DNA from: an uncultured archaeon
GTDB taxonomy: Archaea > Thermoplasmatota > Penumbrarchaeia > JASLWR01
Length of the DNA: 64,000 nucleotides
NCBI GenBank assembly: GCA_964342815.1
Contig: CAYFHS010000006.1
Location: 64,001 to 128,000 of the forward strand
Direction: 5' to 3'
In this document: one piece after another, positions 20,273 to 29,481 of the stretch
Layout of the letters: the number at the start of each line of letters is the position of its first letter
How positions within the stretch are numbered: the first letter of the stretch is position 1
The notes under the pieces: model-generated
What the model saw: only the letters and a program-made list of their open reading frames with translations
Told to the model about the DNA's origin: nothing
Databases searched by the model: none
Program-made: the position numbers and the translations under genes

Positions 20273-22594
20273 ATGAAGGGTGGAAAGATGCTGAAGAGGG
20301 TAGCAGCGATCATATTTGCCCTAGTATTAATGGCAACGTACTTGTTTTATCCCATTTTACTTGATGCGATTGAATCCGATGAGGAACCAATTTTTCTCGG
20401 GTTCAATGATACACCCCGAGATATCTCGGGTTTCGTATCTGATATGAAAGGGGATTCGAACTACACCGTAAGAACCGTGGTGACGACCCCTGGGATATTC
20501 GAGCAGAATATGGTCGATCCGGAAAGAACACTGTATATCGCTGCGGGAATTGAACGTGAATATACCGAGAACGAGATCGATGCGATCAAGTCCTTTATTA
20601 AAGCTGGTGGGCACGCCATAATTGCAGATGATTTCGGATATGTCCAGCCCCTGGCAGATGAGTTCAATATCACGTATTATACCGGGCAGTTCTACGACCA
20701 GCGCTTCGACAAGAATGTGAACTTTCCAATATGTGAAGCTGTTCTCGGGCTTGATCAGGGCCGCTGGCAGTACCAGTTTTCCGAGGGGGATATCCCCACC
20801 AGTTCCGGTCAGTACAAAGTTTGGCAGGACGAGCCGGATGGCATCTGGGACGATAACGATGACGGGGACCGCTGGGTGGACGAAGATGTTTTGGATGATA
20901 TTGATAATGATCAGGATAATCGCAAACTGACAAAAAACCACGTTGACGATGATTTTGATAGTGAAGATGAAAATGCCGCAGAAGAAGCCTATAGTCATGA
21001 TTCTTTCTTGGACGGCTCCAACAGCTTGCCAAGGAACGGGAAGTACGACTTGGGTGAAAAGACGGGGAAAGACAAGAAAGGACGGGACGGCGGGGCCATT
21101 TGGGTCGATCTGAATAAAGCCATCGAGGATTTTGATATCACGGGAAAACCCCTTGATAACGATAATGACGGAATCGCCAATGAGGTGATCGACGAATCCA
21201 CTGAAGGAGTTGATGAAGATACGTGGGATGACGATGGTGATTGGATTGATAAGAATAAGAACGGTTACCAGGATCCTTATGAAATCGGTGTGAACGAAGA
21301 AAGTCTGAACGGTATAAATGATGACGAAAAGGTTTACATATTCGGTCTGGAATCGGATAATGACATGATCTATACCATGTTTCAGGGCGCCATCCCGGAT
21401 AAACTTCAGGAACTCTTCACTGAATATAATATATTATTTTCAAAAAATGTCAAGCTGACTTCGGAGACCGAATTGACAATCGATGCCATCATTAACATGC
21501 TCAAAGACGCAGATGTCAACTGGGTGGTACCTCCGAGTTGGAAAATAGTTGATGGCAACCGCGAATTTCAGGTAGAACTTAGCGGGGATGGAGAAACCTT
21601 TGATATATACAAGTTGGACCACATGATTGATGAAGACCTGTTCCACTACCAGTTGATCATGAACAAACCAGTGGGGCTGTACTCTTTCAAAACCGAAACC
21701 AACGTGATAGCAAGAGGTTCTGAGAACAGCTATGTGGATTTGAACAATAACGAGAAGATCGAGTTACCTGAAGAGGGTTCCACCAACTTGGCTGACAGGG
21801 TATCCACTGCAGCAAACCGTGTCGAGCTCATCGTTGAGGTAGTAGACCCCTCCTTCGTAGGTACAGGTTCAGTGGTTTTTATAGCTGATGCCGATTTATT
21901 CACCAACGACCTTTTCTCCCTGGATCATATGTCCATCGATTACGAAGACCCTTCCCACTCTCTTTTCGCGGAAAGCCGGATCAATACAAGCTCCCTTCAT
22001 CCGGATGACAAGGCTGACGGAGATAATCTTGCAGATAACACGCCGGACTCGGAACCGGATTACGATAACCAAAAATTCATGAAAGAACTGATTTATTACC
22101 TGTTTCATGACAAGTTCAATTCGGATGAAGATCCTGAGATCCTCGTTCTCATTGATGACAGCCGGCATGGTGAGGATGCAGTATGGTTAAGACCGATGTA
22201 TGGTAGTTTGAGGGTGACCAGTGTTCTTACCTCACAGAGCTGTTATGTTCTGGTCTCTTCGATATTCCTCTTCGTGGGCCTTTTCCTAGTGGTTTTGTTG
22301 AGCAAGGGCCAATTGGAATGGGAGCACGAATTCAATGTTCGGACATTTAAAAAGAGATCCATGGTGCCCGTGGCTTCCGATTTGAAGAAGTCACGTTTAA
22401 GACGGGCTGTGATCGAGAAAGTAAGGATGGACCGGGGTCTCTCGCCGGAAGAATTCCGTGAGGTGGACCCGCGGGATATTGATCGATTGATCGGAAATCC
22501 ACAGCTTATACAATTGGTAAGGGACGAGAAGATTAGCTATTCGCCAGAGGATTTCAGGCGATTGATTGAGATAATCAATAAATGGAAAAAATAA
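20273..22594 (+). CDS. DUF4350-like membrane protein with a large Asp-rich (putative Ca-binding) insertion
   Basis: N-terminal TM. Class-I glutamine amidotransferase-like motif EIDAIKSFIKAGGHAIIADDFG. GSVVFIADADLFTN. LIDDSRH before a C-terminal TM. DxDxDG/DED repeats at aa ~185-360. Confidence 0.7.
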   Translation: MKGGKMLKRVAAIIFALVLMATYLFYPILLDAIESDEEPIFLGFNDTPRDISGFVSDMKGDSNYTVRTVVTTPGIFEQNMVDPERTLYIAAGIEREYTENEIDAIKSFIKAGGHAIIADDFGYVQPLADEFNITYYTGQFYDQRFDKNVNFPICEAVLGLDQGRWQYQFSEGDIPTSSGQYKVWQDEPDGIWDDNDDGDRWVDEDVLDDIDNDQDNRKLTKNHVDDDFDSEDENAAEEAYSHDSFLDGSNSLPRNGKYDLGEKTGKDKKGRDGGAIWVDLNKAIEDFDITGKPLDNDNDGIANEVIDESTEGVDEDTWDDDGDWIDKNKNGYQDPYEIGVNEESLNGINDDEKVYIFGLESDNDMIYTMFQGAIPDKLQELFTEYNILFSKNVKLTSETELTIDAIINMLKDADVNWVVPPSWKIVDGNREFQVELSGDGETFDIYKLDHMIDEDLFHYQLIMNKPVGLYSFKTETNVIARGSENSYVDLNNNEKIELPEEGSTNLADRVSTAANRVELIVEVVDPSFVGTGSVVFIADADLFTNDLFSLDHMSIDYEDPSHSLFAESRINTSSLHPDDKADGDNLADNTPDSEPDYDNQKFMKELIYYLFHDKFNSDEDPEILVLIDDSRHGEDAVWLRPMYGSLRVTSVLTSQSCYVLVSSIFLFVGLFLVVLLSKGQLEWEHEFNVRTFKKRSMVPVASDLKKSRLRRAVIEKVRMDRGLSPEEFREVDPRDIDRLIGNPQLIQLVRDEKISYSPEDFRRLIEIINKWKK

Positions 22595-22637
22595 CGGTCA
22601 AAGGAGAAATCCTAATATTATAAAAAGGTGATGAAAT

Positions 22638-23759
22638 ATGACAAATGGAGCAGGACCAAAGAAGTTGCCCCCCGGACCGAGAGGACCTGGGCCTGGCGCA
22701 AGGCCAGTGGGGCCTCCGCAGAGAGGACCCATGGGACGACCCGGACCTAGAGGGCCGGGACCCGGACCCAGGGGACCTCCAAGAGCAGGTGGTGCGCCAA
22801 AAGCGAGCCCAGCAGCTATTAGAGGAGTGGCAGCAACGGCAAATGCCGTTATTGAACAGGTATCCAAGGCTATCATAGGTAAAAGAGAGGTTCTGGAGAA
22901 TGTATTGATTTCCATTCTTGCAAATGGTCATACATTGATGGAAGATTTCCCGGGAACGGCGAAGTCCCTAATGATCATGACATTTGCAGACACTCTGGGA
23001 TGCAAATACAGAAGGATTCAGTTCACTCCGGATTTACTTCCCTCTGATATTACTGGTACCTATATATACGACGAAAAGGAAAACGAATTCAAGTTCAGGG
23101 CAGGCCCGATCTTTGCGAACATAATCCTCGCAGATGAGATCAACCGGGCTCCGCCAAAGACCCAGGCGGCTATGCTCGAGGCAATGCAGGAAAGACAGAC
23201 ATCCATTGAAGGTGTTACTCACAAACTTCCGAAACCCTTCATCGTTATGGCGACTCAGAACCCCATTGAGCAGGAAGGAACATATCCCCTGCCCGAAGCT
23301 CAGGTAGATAGGTTCATGCAGAAGATGAGCATGGGTTATCCGTCCAGAGAAGATGAGCGAGAGATTCTCATCAGGAGGATGGGCCGAGGCAAGGATGATG
23401 TGGATGTGGACGTAATAACCAATCCGGAGAAGATCTTGGCTATGATGCGGACTGTTGAGGGTATTCACCTTGATCCAGCATTATTGACCTATATAGTCGA
23501 GATCGTGACCAGGACTAGAGAGGACCCCCGTGTTGTGGTAGGGGCGTCACCAAGAGGTTCATTGGCGCTTTTCAAGCTGTCTAGAGCCAGAGCGGTCCTT
23601 CACGGAAGAGACTATATCACACCGGATGATATCAAGGCTATCTGCATACATGGGTTGGCTCACAGGATTATCCTGAAACCAGAACCTCGTATCAGAGGTG
23701 TACTGCCTGAGGATATCCTTAACAAGATTCTTGCAGAAGTGCCAGTACCAGCGGTGTAA
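22638..23759 (+). CDS. moxR: MoxR-family AAA+ ATPase with a Pro/Gly/Arg-rich N-terminal extension
   Basis: EDFPGTAKS, RIQFTPDLLPSDITG, LADEINRAPPKTQAAMLEAMQE, TQNPIEQEGTYPLPEAQVDRF, GASPRGS. Confidence 0.95.
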   Translation: MTNGAGPKKLPPGPRGPGPGARPVGPPQRGPMGRPGPRGPGPGPRGPPRAGGAPKASPAAIRGVAATANAVIEQVSKAIIGKREVLENVLISILANGHTLMEDFPGTAKSLMIMTFADTLGCKYRRIQFTPDLLPSDITGTYIYDEKENEFKFRAGPIFANIILADEINRAPPKTQAAMLEAMQERQTSIEGVTHKLPKPFIVMATQNPIEQEGTYPLPEAQVDRFMQKMSMGYPSREDEREILIRRMGRGKDDVDVDVITNPEKILAMMRTVEGIHLDPALLTYIVEIVTRTREDPRVVVGASPRGSLALFKLSRARAVLHGRDYITPDDIKAICIHGLAHRIILKPEPRIRGVLPEDILNKILAEVPVPAV

Positions 23760-23762
23760 ATA

Positions 23763-25259
23763 ATGTGGACCAAGAAAGCGGTATTGTTGCTGTGTACGGG
23801 GATAGGTCTAGTACTTCTGGGGTTGATATTTCGGAACCTACTCCTCCTTGGGATCAGTATAGTACTGTTAGTATACTTGGGAATAAGCATCTTCATCAAC
23901 CTGAATATGATGGTGCGTCCGAACAGACAGATGTCCAATGAAAGGATCTTTGAGGACGGGATGATAAAGACCGAACTGCAATTGGTCCGACCAAAATCCC
24001 TTCAGATAATCGCCCCTGTCGTTGGTGGGGGAGTTGTTGGCCTTGTGCTTTCGCTCCCCCTCGGTTTCTGGCTTTGGGGATTTGAGAGTCTTGGCAACGG
24101 AGCGGGTTTCCTCGCTCTTTCGACCCTCCTGATCGGTGCGGTTACCGGAGCTCTAATTGGATATTTTTCCTCGAAAGGGGGGATTGTGGAGGTGCGGGAT
24201 ACTCTGCCAAAACAGGTTGAGCTTAGAAGGGGAAGCAATTATACATACCTCGATCTCAAACCCAAGGGAAAAACCCGGTTGAGATATGCGATTCGCTGCC
24301 CCCTGAAAGGAGTTTACAAACTAGGTCCGGTATCCATTAGATCGCATGATCCTTTCTATCTGTTCTACAGTGAGGTCAACATAAACTACACTTCAAGGCT
24401 CACCGTATTCCCGCAGACGAGAGAAATAAAGGAACTGCGTCTTAAGTCCAGGCAGCCCAAGATGTACCCCGGCGAGATGCGCGTGAAAATGCCGGGCCCG
24501 GGATATGAGTTCTGGGGCATCAGGGATTATGTACCTGGAGATTCCTTCAAAATGATAAACTGGAAGGCATTTGCTTCCACAGGGAGGCTTCTGGTCAACG
24601 AGAAGGAAAGAGAGAGCGTTTCCGATATCACCATCGTCTACGATGCAAGGGAGGTCTCAGGTATCGGGATGGAGTCCGATAATGCCAATATATATGGTGC
24701 TAGAGCGGCTGCTACATTGACCCAGTATTTCCTTGGGCGCCGCGATTCCGTGTGCCTGGTGGTATACAGCGACAAGGTCATGACAATCAAGAAAGGTGGC
24801 GGTCAGAAACAGTTATACGAGATATTGACGGCCTTGGCCGGTGCATCCCCCAAGGGGGATATACCGCTGCAGGGAATCGTTGAGGTCGCACTTCCCTATC
24901 TACCTCGAATGTCTCCTGTCATTGTCATTTCCTCATTGGATGATGACGACTCTCTGAGAAAAGCGGTCAGTATGATGCGTGTCCTCGAGTTCGATGTAAC
25001 CATATTATCTCCTTCTACCATAGATTTTGAACTTCTGGCAAAGGAAAAAGGCGCCGTTCAGGAAGGCTCAAGCATACTGGGAACCAAGAAGATACTGCAG
25101 TTCGATCCACTTGCATATGATGTTTTACGTCTCGAGCGGGATATTCTTCTGAAAGAGATGAGAGGATACGGTATTAACGTCGTTGACTGGAAACCACAGA
25201 CACCTCTACAGCAGGTACTGTTAAGGGCAAGATCCATTTCAGGAATACGGGGGGATTAA
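23763..25259 (+). CDS. DUF58 (vWA-like) membrane protein, MoxR partner
   Basis: GYEFWGIRDYVPGDSFKMINWKAFASTGRLLVNEKE, followed by IVYDAR. Directly downstream of moxR. Confidence 0.9.
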   Translation: MWTKKAVLLLCTGIGLVLLGLIFRNLLLLGISIVLLVYLGISIFINLNMMVRPNRQMSNERIFEDGMIKTELQLVRPKSLQIIAPVVGGGVVGLVLSLPLGFWLWGFESLGNGAGFLALSTLLIGAVTGALIGYFSSKGGIVEVRDTLPKQVELRRGSNYTYLDLKPKGKTRLRYAIRCPLKGVYKLGPVSIRSHDPFYLFYSEVNINYTSRLTVFPQTREIKELRLKSRQPKMYPGEMRVKMPGPGYEFWGIRDYVPGDSFKMINWKAFASTGRLLVNEKERESVSDITIVYDAREVSGIGMESDNANIYGARAAATLTQYFLGRRDSVCLVVYSDKVMTIKKGGGQKQLYEILTALAGASPKGDIPLQGIVEVALPYLPRMSPVIVISSLDDDDSLRKAVSMMRVLEFDVTILSPSTIDFELLAKEKGAVQEGSSILGTKKILQFDPLAYDVLRLERDILLKEMRGYGINVVDWKPQTPLQQVLLRARSISGIRGD

Positions 25260-25261
25260 AT

Positions 25262-26077
25262 ATGGCAAACGAAGTAGCCCGACCTCAAATGTCCATCGAT
25301 GCAACGAAGTCAGCATATTTGATCATATTACTGCAGATATTCGGTACCATCGTCCTGTTTACCGGAGGTTTTTTCCTGTACCAGATTATCAATGCCGGGG
25401 AAACTTCCCAAACACTGCAGCTGATGGGTTTCATTTTTCTTGGCATCGCTGTCATATTGGGACTTGTAGGATTGTGGGGTAGCCTGCCTTTCGAAATAAT
25501 CGAACTGTCCGATTTGGAGATAGTACCAAGCCTAAACAATCTGATGGTAATGTCCACAGCCCTGTTCTTCATACTGGCATCCATAGTTGGTATCTGGGGT
25601 AGCAGGATGTATACCGACGTCGGTAAACTTGGAAGCTGGGATCTCTTTGCGGTTCTTTTGTTCTCTTTCTGCGTGGTGACATATGTCGAATTGGCTTCCA
25701 CCTCGAACCATTTCTATTCGGTAAAGAAATTCGCCAAGAAACACAACCTGAAAAAGGAGAACCTCAATCTGAACGTTCTTTCCGGCAAGTACCTTGTATG
25801 GTTCTTCGTGCTATTCACCATCATATTTATTTATTCCTGGTTCGTATTGGACCTCCAGAATGTAATAATTGCGATGATGGGCGACGGTTATGTAATATCT
25901 CCAATAACAATAGAAGGACTTTCACATCAGTTCGCAAATTCTCTCATATTGAACTCTATCTACGGTGTCGCTCTTTCCATGGCCATTGTTTTCATACCCT
26001 TTACAATATTCATTCTGCTGATTTTCGGCGGGAAGGAAAAGGAAGATGAAGGGTTCGAAAGCGACGATATGATGTGA
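25262..26077 (+). CDS. Hypothetical integral membrane protein (about 6 TM), last gene of the MoxR operon
   Basis: Alternating hydrophobic segments. It starts 2 nt after the DUF58 stop. Confidence 0.75.
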   Translation: MANEVARPQMSIDATKSAYLIILLQIFGTIVLFTGGFFLYQIINAGETSQTLQLMGFIFLGIAVILGLVGLWGSLPFEIIELSDLEIVPSLNNLMVMSTALFFILASIVGIWGSRMYTDVGKLGSWDLFAVLLFSFCVVTYVELASTSNHFYSVKKFAKKHNLKKENLNLNVLSGKYLVWFFVLFTIIFIYSWFVLDLQNVIIAMMGDGYVISPITIEGLSHQFANSLILNSIYGVALSMAIVFIPFTIFILLIFGGKEKEDEGFESDDMM

Positions 26078-26103
26078 TTTCTTTTTTTTCTTTTCTTTTT
26101 TTT
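26078..26103 (+). terminator. Oligo-T terminator
   Basis: tttcttttttttcttttctttttttt directly after the stop codon. Confidence 0.6.
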
Positions 26104-26160
26104 ATAATTCCAGTATAAGCTCTATTTCAATATATATTGCGGGGATTTGGAATTAATTAT

Positions 26161-26347
26161 ATTCAGCGGAATCGGCCCTTCGGGCTCCCACTTTGTTCCG
26201 GAGACACCCTTCTGGCGCTCCTGAGCCCTCGGCAAGAATGCCTACGGCCCCCGATTCCGCGAACTATGACAGGTAACACCTGTCATGCCAGACGAGCCGT
26301 CAGGGTCGTCGAGGATTGTCAAGCTGCAAACGTCGACTTTTTGTCGA
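26161..26347. other. Unidentified structured intergenic element (candidate ncRNA or REP-like repeat)
   Basis: 10-bp closing stem gcggaatcgg (26166-75) / ccgattccgc (26251-60) encloses gggctc/gagccc and ggca/tgcc stems. Then hairpins atgacaggt-aac-acctgtcat, gacga..tcgtc and tcgac-ttttt-gtcga. Confidence 0.45.
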
Positions 26348-26437
26348 GATTTTCACCATTGACAATATATACCAAAAAGGGGATATTAATAAGGTATAGC
26401 AAAATAACTAAGCATGGATTAAGAAGGGATTGAAAGG

Positions 26438-28147
26438 ATGTTCACAACTCGTAGGATAATTGGCCGGAAAGGTAATATGCCGGTTATTTCGTTTACAGCA
26501 ACCTTTATTATTATCCTACTTTCAATAGCTTCTTTTACCGGTATGATTCTTCTAACTGCCTATGGGGCTCAAGAGGGCGAGACGCGACTTGTCTGGACGG
26601 GAGAAGATGGTTACCATACCGATGGTCTAGAACCGGATTCAGGCCTGACGACCGATACTTTTGAATTCAGGGTCATGTACCTGGATGATCTGGGCGATGA
26701 TCCTTTGGATGAACTGGCCGGACATTACATTCATCTGGTATTGGATGACGATGCTTATGATTTGACAACGGTTGATAATGAGTATTCCGACGGATCCATA
26801 TTCAACATAAGCATGAAGGGACTTGAACCGAGACAGTACAAATACTACTTTAAGCTCAAGGTGCGGGATACGACCTATCGGCTGCCGACATCGGGGTATT
26901 TAGATGCTCCTTACGTTAATTCCAACCCAACATTAAGAACCGTATCGGGCGTGGAGCATGAGACTACGGTATACCCGGAGATGGGGAATACCACCGACCT
27001 CTTTAATTTCCAGATATTATATTCCGACCCCGACAATCATCCTCCCGATGCCGGCCCTTTTTCAAGAGGAGTATATATCGACAATGTGTTTTATGAGATG
27101 AGCCGTGTACCCGGTGGTGGAAAGTACGGTAACGGAGTATTCACCGATGGTGAACTGTATCTGTTCACAACAAATCTAAAAAAGGGTGAACATAGGTATT
27201 ATTTCCAGTTCACAGATGAAAAGGGAGGGGTTGCCACCAGCGAATTATTTATGGGTCCAACTGTAATAACAGGTTTTCCAGACCTGATGGTGAAAATGGA
27301 CGGAGCGGTTCCGGATATAGCTTGGGAGTTGCCCTCCAGCGATCCGAAAGATTGGGATGCTGTTACCATAACGGCGGCAGTAGAGAATGATGGGGGATCC
27401 GATATCCCAGTGAACGAAAGCTTCATTGTTGACCTTGAGGTATATTATGTAGATCCCCGCACCGGAGATGCCGTACTCGAGGAGAGCTGGGTATTTCCCG
27501 AAACCGGCTTGGCCGTTGGTAAGGAACACATCATTAGCACAGAATACAATCCCATCTCCGTGGGAGTGTACGAAGTACGGATAATTGTTGACATGGATAA
27601 CGATATCAGGGAACTCGTTGAATTTCAAGGGAATCTTTCCCCTTCAAATAACTTTGCGAAGGTCCGCTTCAAAGTCGGGCCCGATCTTTCGATATCTCAC
27701 AGCGACATAATGCCCATATCCGCCTTTAACAGGGATGATCTGATATCATCCGTCACAATACGCAATACTGGACCCACCGATGCGGTGCTCGGTGACGACC
27801 TTACAGTGGTGTTCAAACTTGGAGATATAATCGAGCGAAGTATTATTCCCAAGGACACAAAGATAGCTGCGGGGAAAGTATACAAGATTGGTGCGGGATT
27901 CTATATTTCAACAGATAAAACCGATGCGAACATTTCGATCTCGGTTGACCCTGATGGAGTTCTCAAAGAAGCAATAAATCGAGAAAGTCTATATGATAAC
28001 AACAATGCGGATTCTCAAATAAAGGTGGTGACGAGAAAAAACCGGACCGTGGCGCCTTCCTTTCAACCGCCTATGCTGCTGCTTATTTCGGTTCTTGCAG
28101 CATTATCCCTTTTAACATGCAAGGATTCTAAAAAGGATCCCTATTGA
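26438..28147 (+). CDS. Secreted/surface protein with two CARDB-like domains and a PGF-CTERM-like C-terminus
   Basis: Signal peptide. Two F...Y.D.D..P modules. PDL....I......V.N.G CARDB signatures. C-terminus APSF + hydrophobic helix + KDSKKDPY. Confidence 0.75.
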   Translation: MFTTRRIIGRKGNMPVISFTATFIIILLSIASFTGMILLTAYGAQEGETRLVWTGEDGYHTDGLEPDSGLTTDTFEFRVMYLDDLGDDPLDELAGHYIHLVLDDDAYDLTTVDNEYSDGSIFNISMKGLEPRQYKYYFKLKVRDTTYRLPTSGYLDAPYVNSNPTLRTVSGVEHETTVYPEMGNTTDLFNFQILYSDPDNHPPDAGPFSRGVYIDNVFYEMSRVPGGGKYGNGVFTDGELYLFTTNLKKGEHRYYFQFTDEKGGVATSELFMGPTVITGFPDLMVKMDGAVPDIAWELPSSDPKDWDAVTITAAVENDGGSDIPVNESFIVDLEVYYVDPRTGDAVLEESWVFPETGLAVGKEHIISTEYNPISVGVYEVRIIVDMDNDIRELVEFQGNLSPSNNFAKVRFKVGPDLSISHSDIMPISAFNRDDLISSVTIRNTGPTDAVLGDDLTVVFKLGDIIERSIIPKDTKIAAGKVYKIGAGFYISTDKTDANISISVDPDGVLKEAINRESLYDNNNADSQIKVVTRKNRTVAPSFQPPMLLLISVLAALSLLTCKDSKKDPY

Positions 28148-28198
28148 GCAATTATTTTAATACCAAAAGTCCAAATTCCTATCTTGGGATGTATTTTT

Positions 28199-28843
28199 AT
28201 GAAAATTCTAGTCGTCAGTGATATTCACGGCAGCAGGAAAGCCGTGGAGATGATCAGGGGGAAGATCGAGAAATTGGGGCCGGACCTTACGGTGGTGTGC
28301 GGTGATATTACACATTTTGGAACTCCTGATGAGGCCCGTTTGACAATTGATTCCTTTTCAGGTCTGGTACTTGCGGTTCCGGGTAACTGCGACCCTCCGG
28401 GGATCGAGGACGGTGTGGCCGATAGTCACGGAGTTGACCTGCACGGAAAGACGTATGAGCTGGACGGAATAATATTCGCGGGATTCGGCGGGGCAAGAAA
28501 GATGTTCGGTACCGCCCGAGAATACGATGAAGAATTTATCGGTGAGAACATAAGACGTATCTTACCGGGTGCGGATGTACTTATTGTTCATGGACCGCCC
28601 TACGGAATCAACGATCTATCCCAAAGTGGTCATGCCGGATCACGCGAGTTACTTGATGCAGTTCAAGCCTACAAGCCACTGCTGGTGCTGTCCGGTCATA
28701 TCCATGAGTGTCAAGGTATCGTCCGGGAAGACGGTATCACTTATATCAATCCCGGGGCTGCCAGAGACGGAAGATTCGCTTTTCTAGAGATAGACGAGGC
28801 AGCTCACAAGATCAGAGATGGGTCTATAGAGATGGTAGATTAA
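28199..28843 (+). CDS. Calcineurin-like metallophosphoesterase
   Basis: SDIHG, CGDIT, PGNCD, IVHGPP, LSGHIHE motifs. ATG 28199 (ORF track 28184). Confidence 0.92.
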   Translation: MKILVVSDIHGSRKAVEMIRGKIEKLGPDLTVVCGDITHFGTPDEARLTIDSFSGLVLAVPGNCDPPGIEDGVADSHGVDLHGKTYELDGIIFAGFGGARKMFGTAREYDEEFIGENIRRILPGADVLIVHGPPYGINDLSQSGHAGSRELLDAVQAYKPLLVLSGHIHECQGIVREDGITYINPGAARDGRFAFLEIDEAAHKIRDGSIEMVD

Positions 28844-28845
28844 GC

Positions 28846-29394
28846 TCAATCATAAAGATATTTGAAGATCCGGGGATTCTTTTCCATTATCTCCTCTTTG
28901 GTTAGCCCTTCCAATTCGTGGGGAAAAACAAGCCAGTTATCGTTTGTACAAGCGTAATAATCGGGAGTTATGTCGGTTTGGTTTCTCGAGGGTTTGTAAT
29001 AAACCGTAGCAACCCGGATCTCAGGTGCGTTCTTCCTGGCCTTTGCCTTAATGACCCTTATAACCTCCACCATGGTCTTCCCAGTGTCGAAAACGTCGTC
29101 GATCAAAAGCATACGGTCCTCGCTGTTCACTCGGTCAATAACATGATCGATACCCTTAATCTCCACCGGGCCGGTGCTCATAATACCGGTATATGATTGG
29201 GTCTTGATTGAAGTATGGTAGGGTTTTATCCCCTTGTAGACCAGAAATTCATGGATCACTATTCCCGGAGGAGTGCCGCCTCTCCAGATACCTATCAGGA
29301 AATTTGGGTAGTATCCGTCATCCCAGATCATTTTGGCCAGTTCGAAGGATTTCTCCTGTAGTTCATTTGCCGAGATATACACCTTTTTTATCAT
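28846..29394 (-). CDS. Type I phosphoribosyltransferase (purine salvage-like)
   Basis: PRPP-binding loop MLLIDDVFDTGKTM, GIWRGG, and WLVFPHE. Confidence 0.9.
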   Translation of the reverse strand: MIKKVYISANELQEKSFELAKMIWDDGYYPNFLIGIWRGGTPPGIVIHEFLVYKGIKPYHTSIKTQSYTGIMSTGPVEIKGIDHVIDRVNSEDRMLLIDDVFDTGKTMVEVIRVIKAKARKNAPEIRVATVYYKPSRNQTDITPDYYACTNDNWLVFPHELEGLTKEEIMEKNPRIFKYLYD

Positions 29395-29410
29395 ATGCTC
29401 CCCTTGTATA

Positions 29411-29437
29411 TTGTCAAAAGTGATTCACTTTTGATAA
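29411..29437. promoter_or_regulatory. Perfect 10-bp inverted repeat just upstream of the PRT gene (operator-like)
   Basis: tcaaaagtga-t-tcacttttga at 29414-29434, extendable to tt/aa. Confidence 0.45.
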
Positions 29438-29438
29438 T

Positions 29439-29481
29439 GTTCGCGGAATGAGAGCTTCGCGGGAACCTTATTCCGCAGAAC
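29439..29481. repeat. Short palindromic element sharing its arms with the 26.2-kb element
   Basis: gttcgcggaat ... attccgcagaac. The 11-mer gttcgcggaat is the exact reverse complement of attccgcgaac at 26254-26264. Confidence 0.45.

Noticed and set aside
22598-22915. Antisense 105-aa Gly/Pro ORF
   Set aside because: It is a shadow of the GC-rich MoxR N-terminal low-complexity sequence.
26161-26347. Known ribozyme or riboswitch (hammerhead, HDV, pistol, glycine), HEARO/omega RNA, or the 98-aa ORF at 26137
   Set aside because: Partial resemblances (ctcagg, gccagaagg, ttgccgaggg) are in the wrong order or lack their partner strands. No TnpB/IscB gene is adjacent. The ORF has a weak start and no protein-like features.
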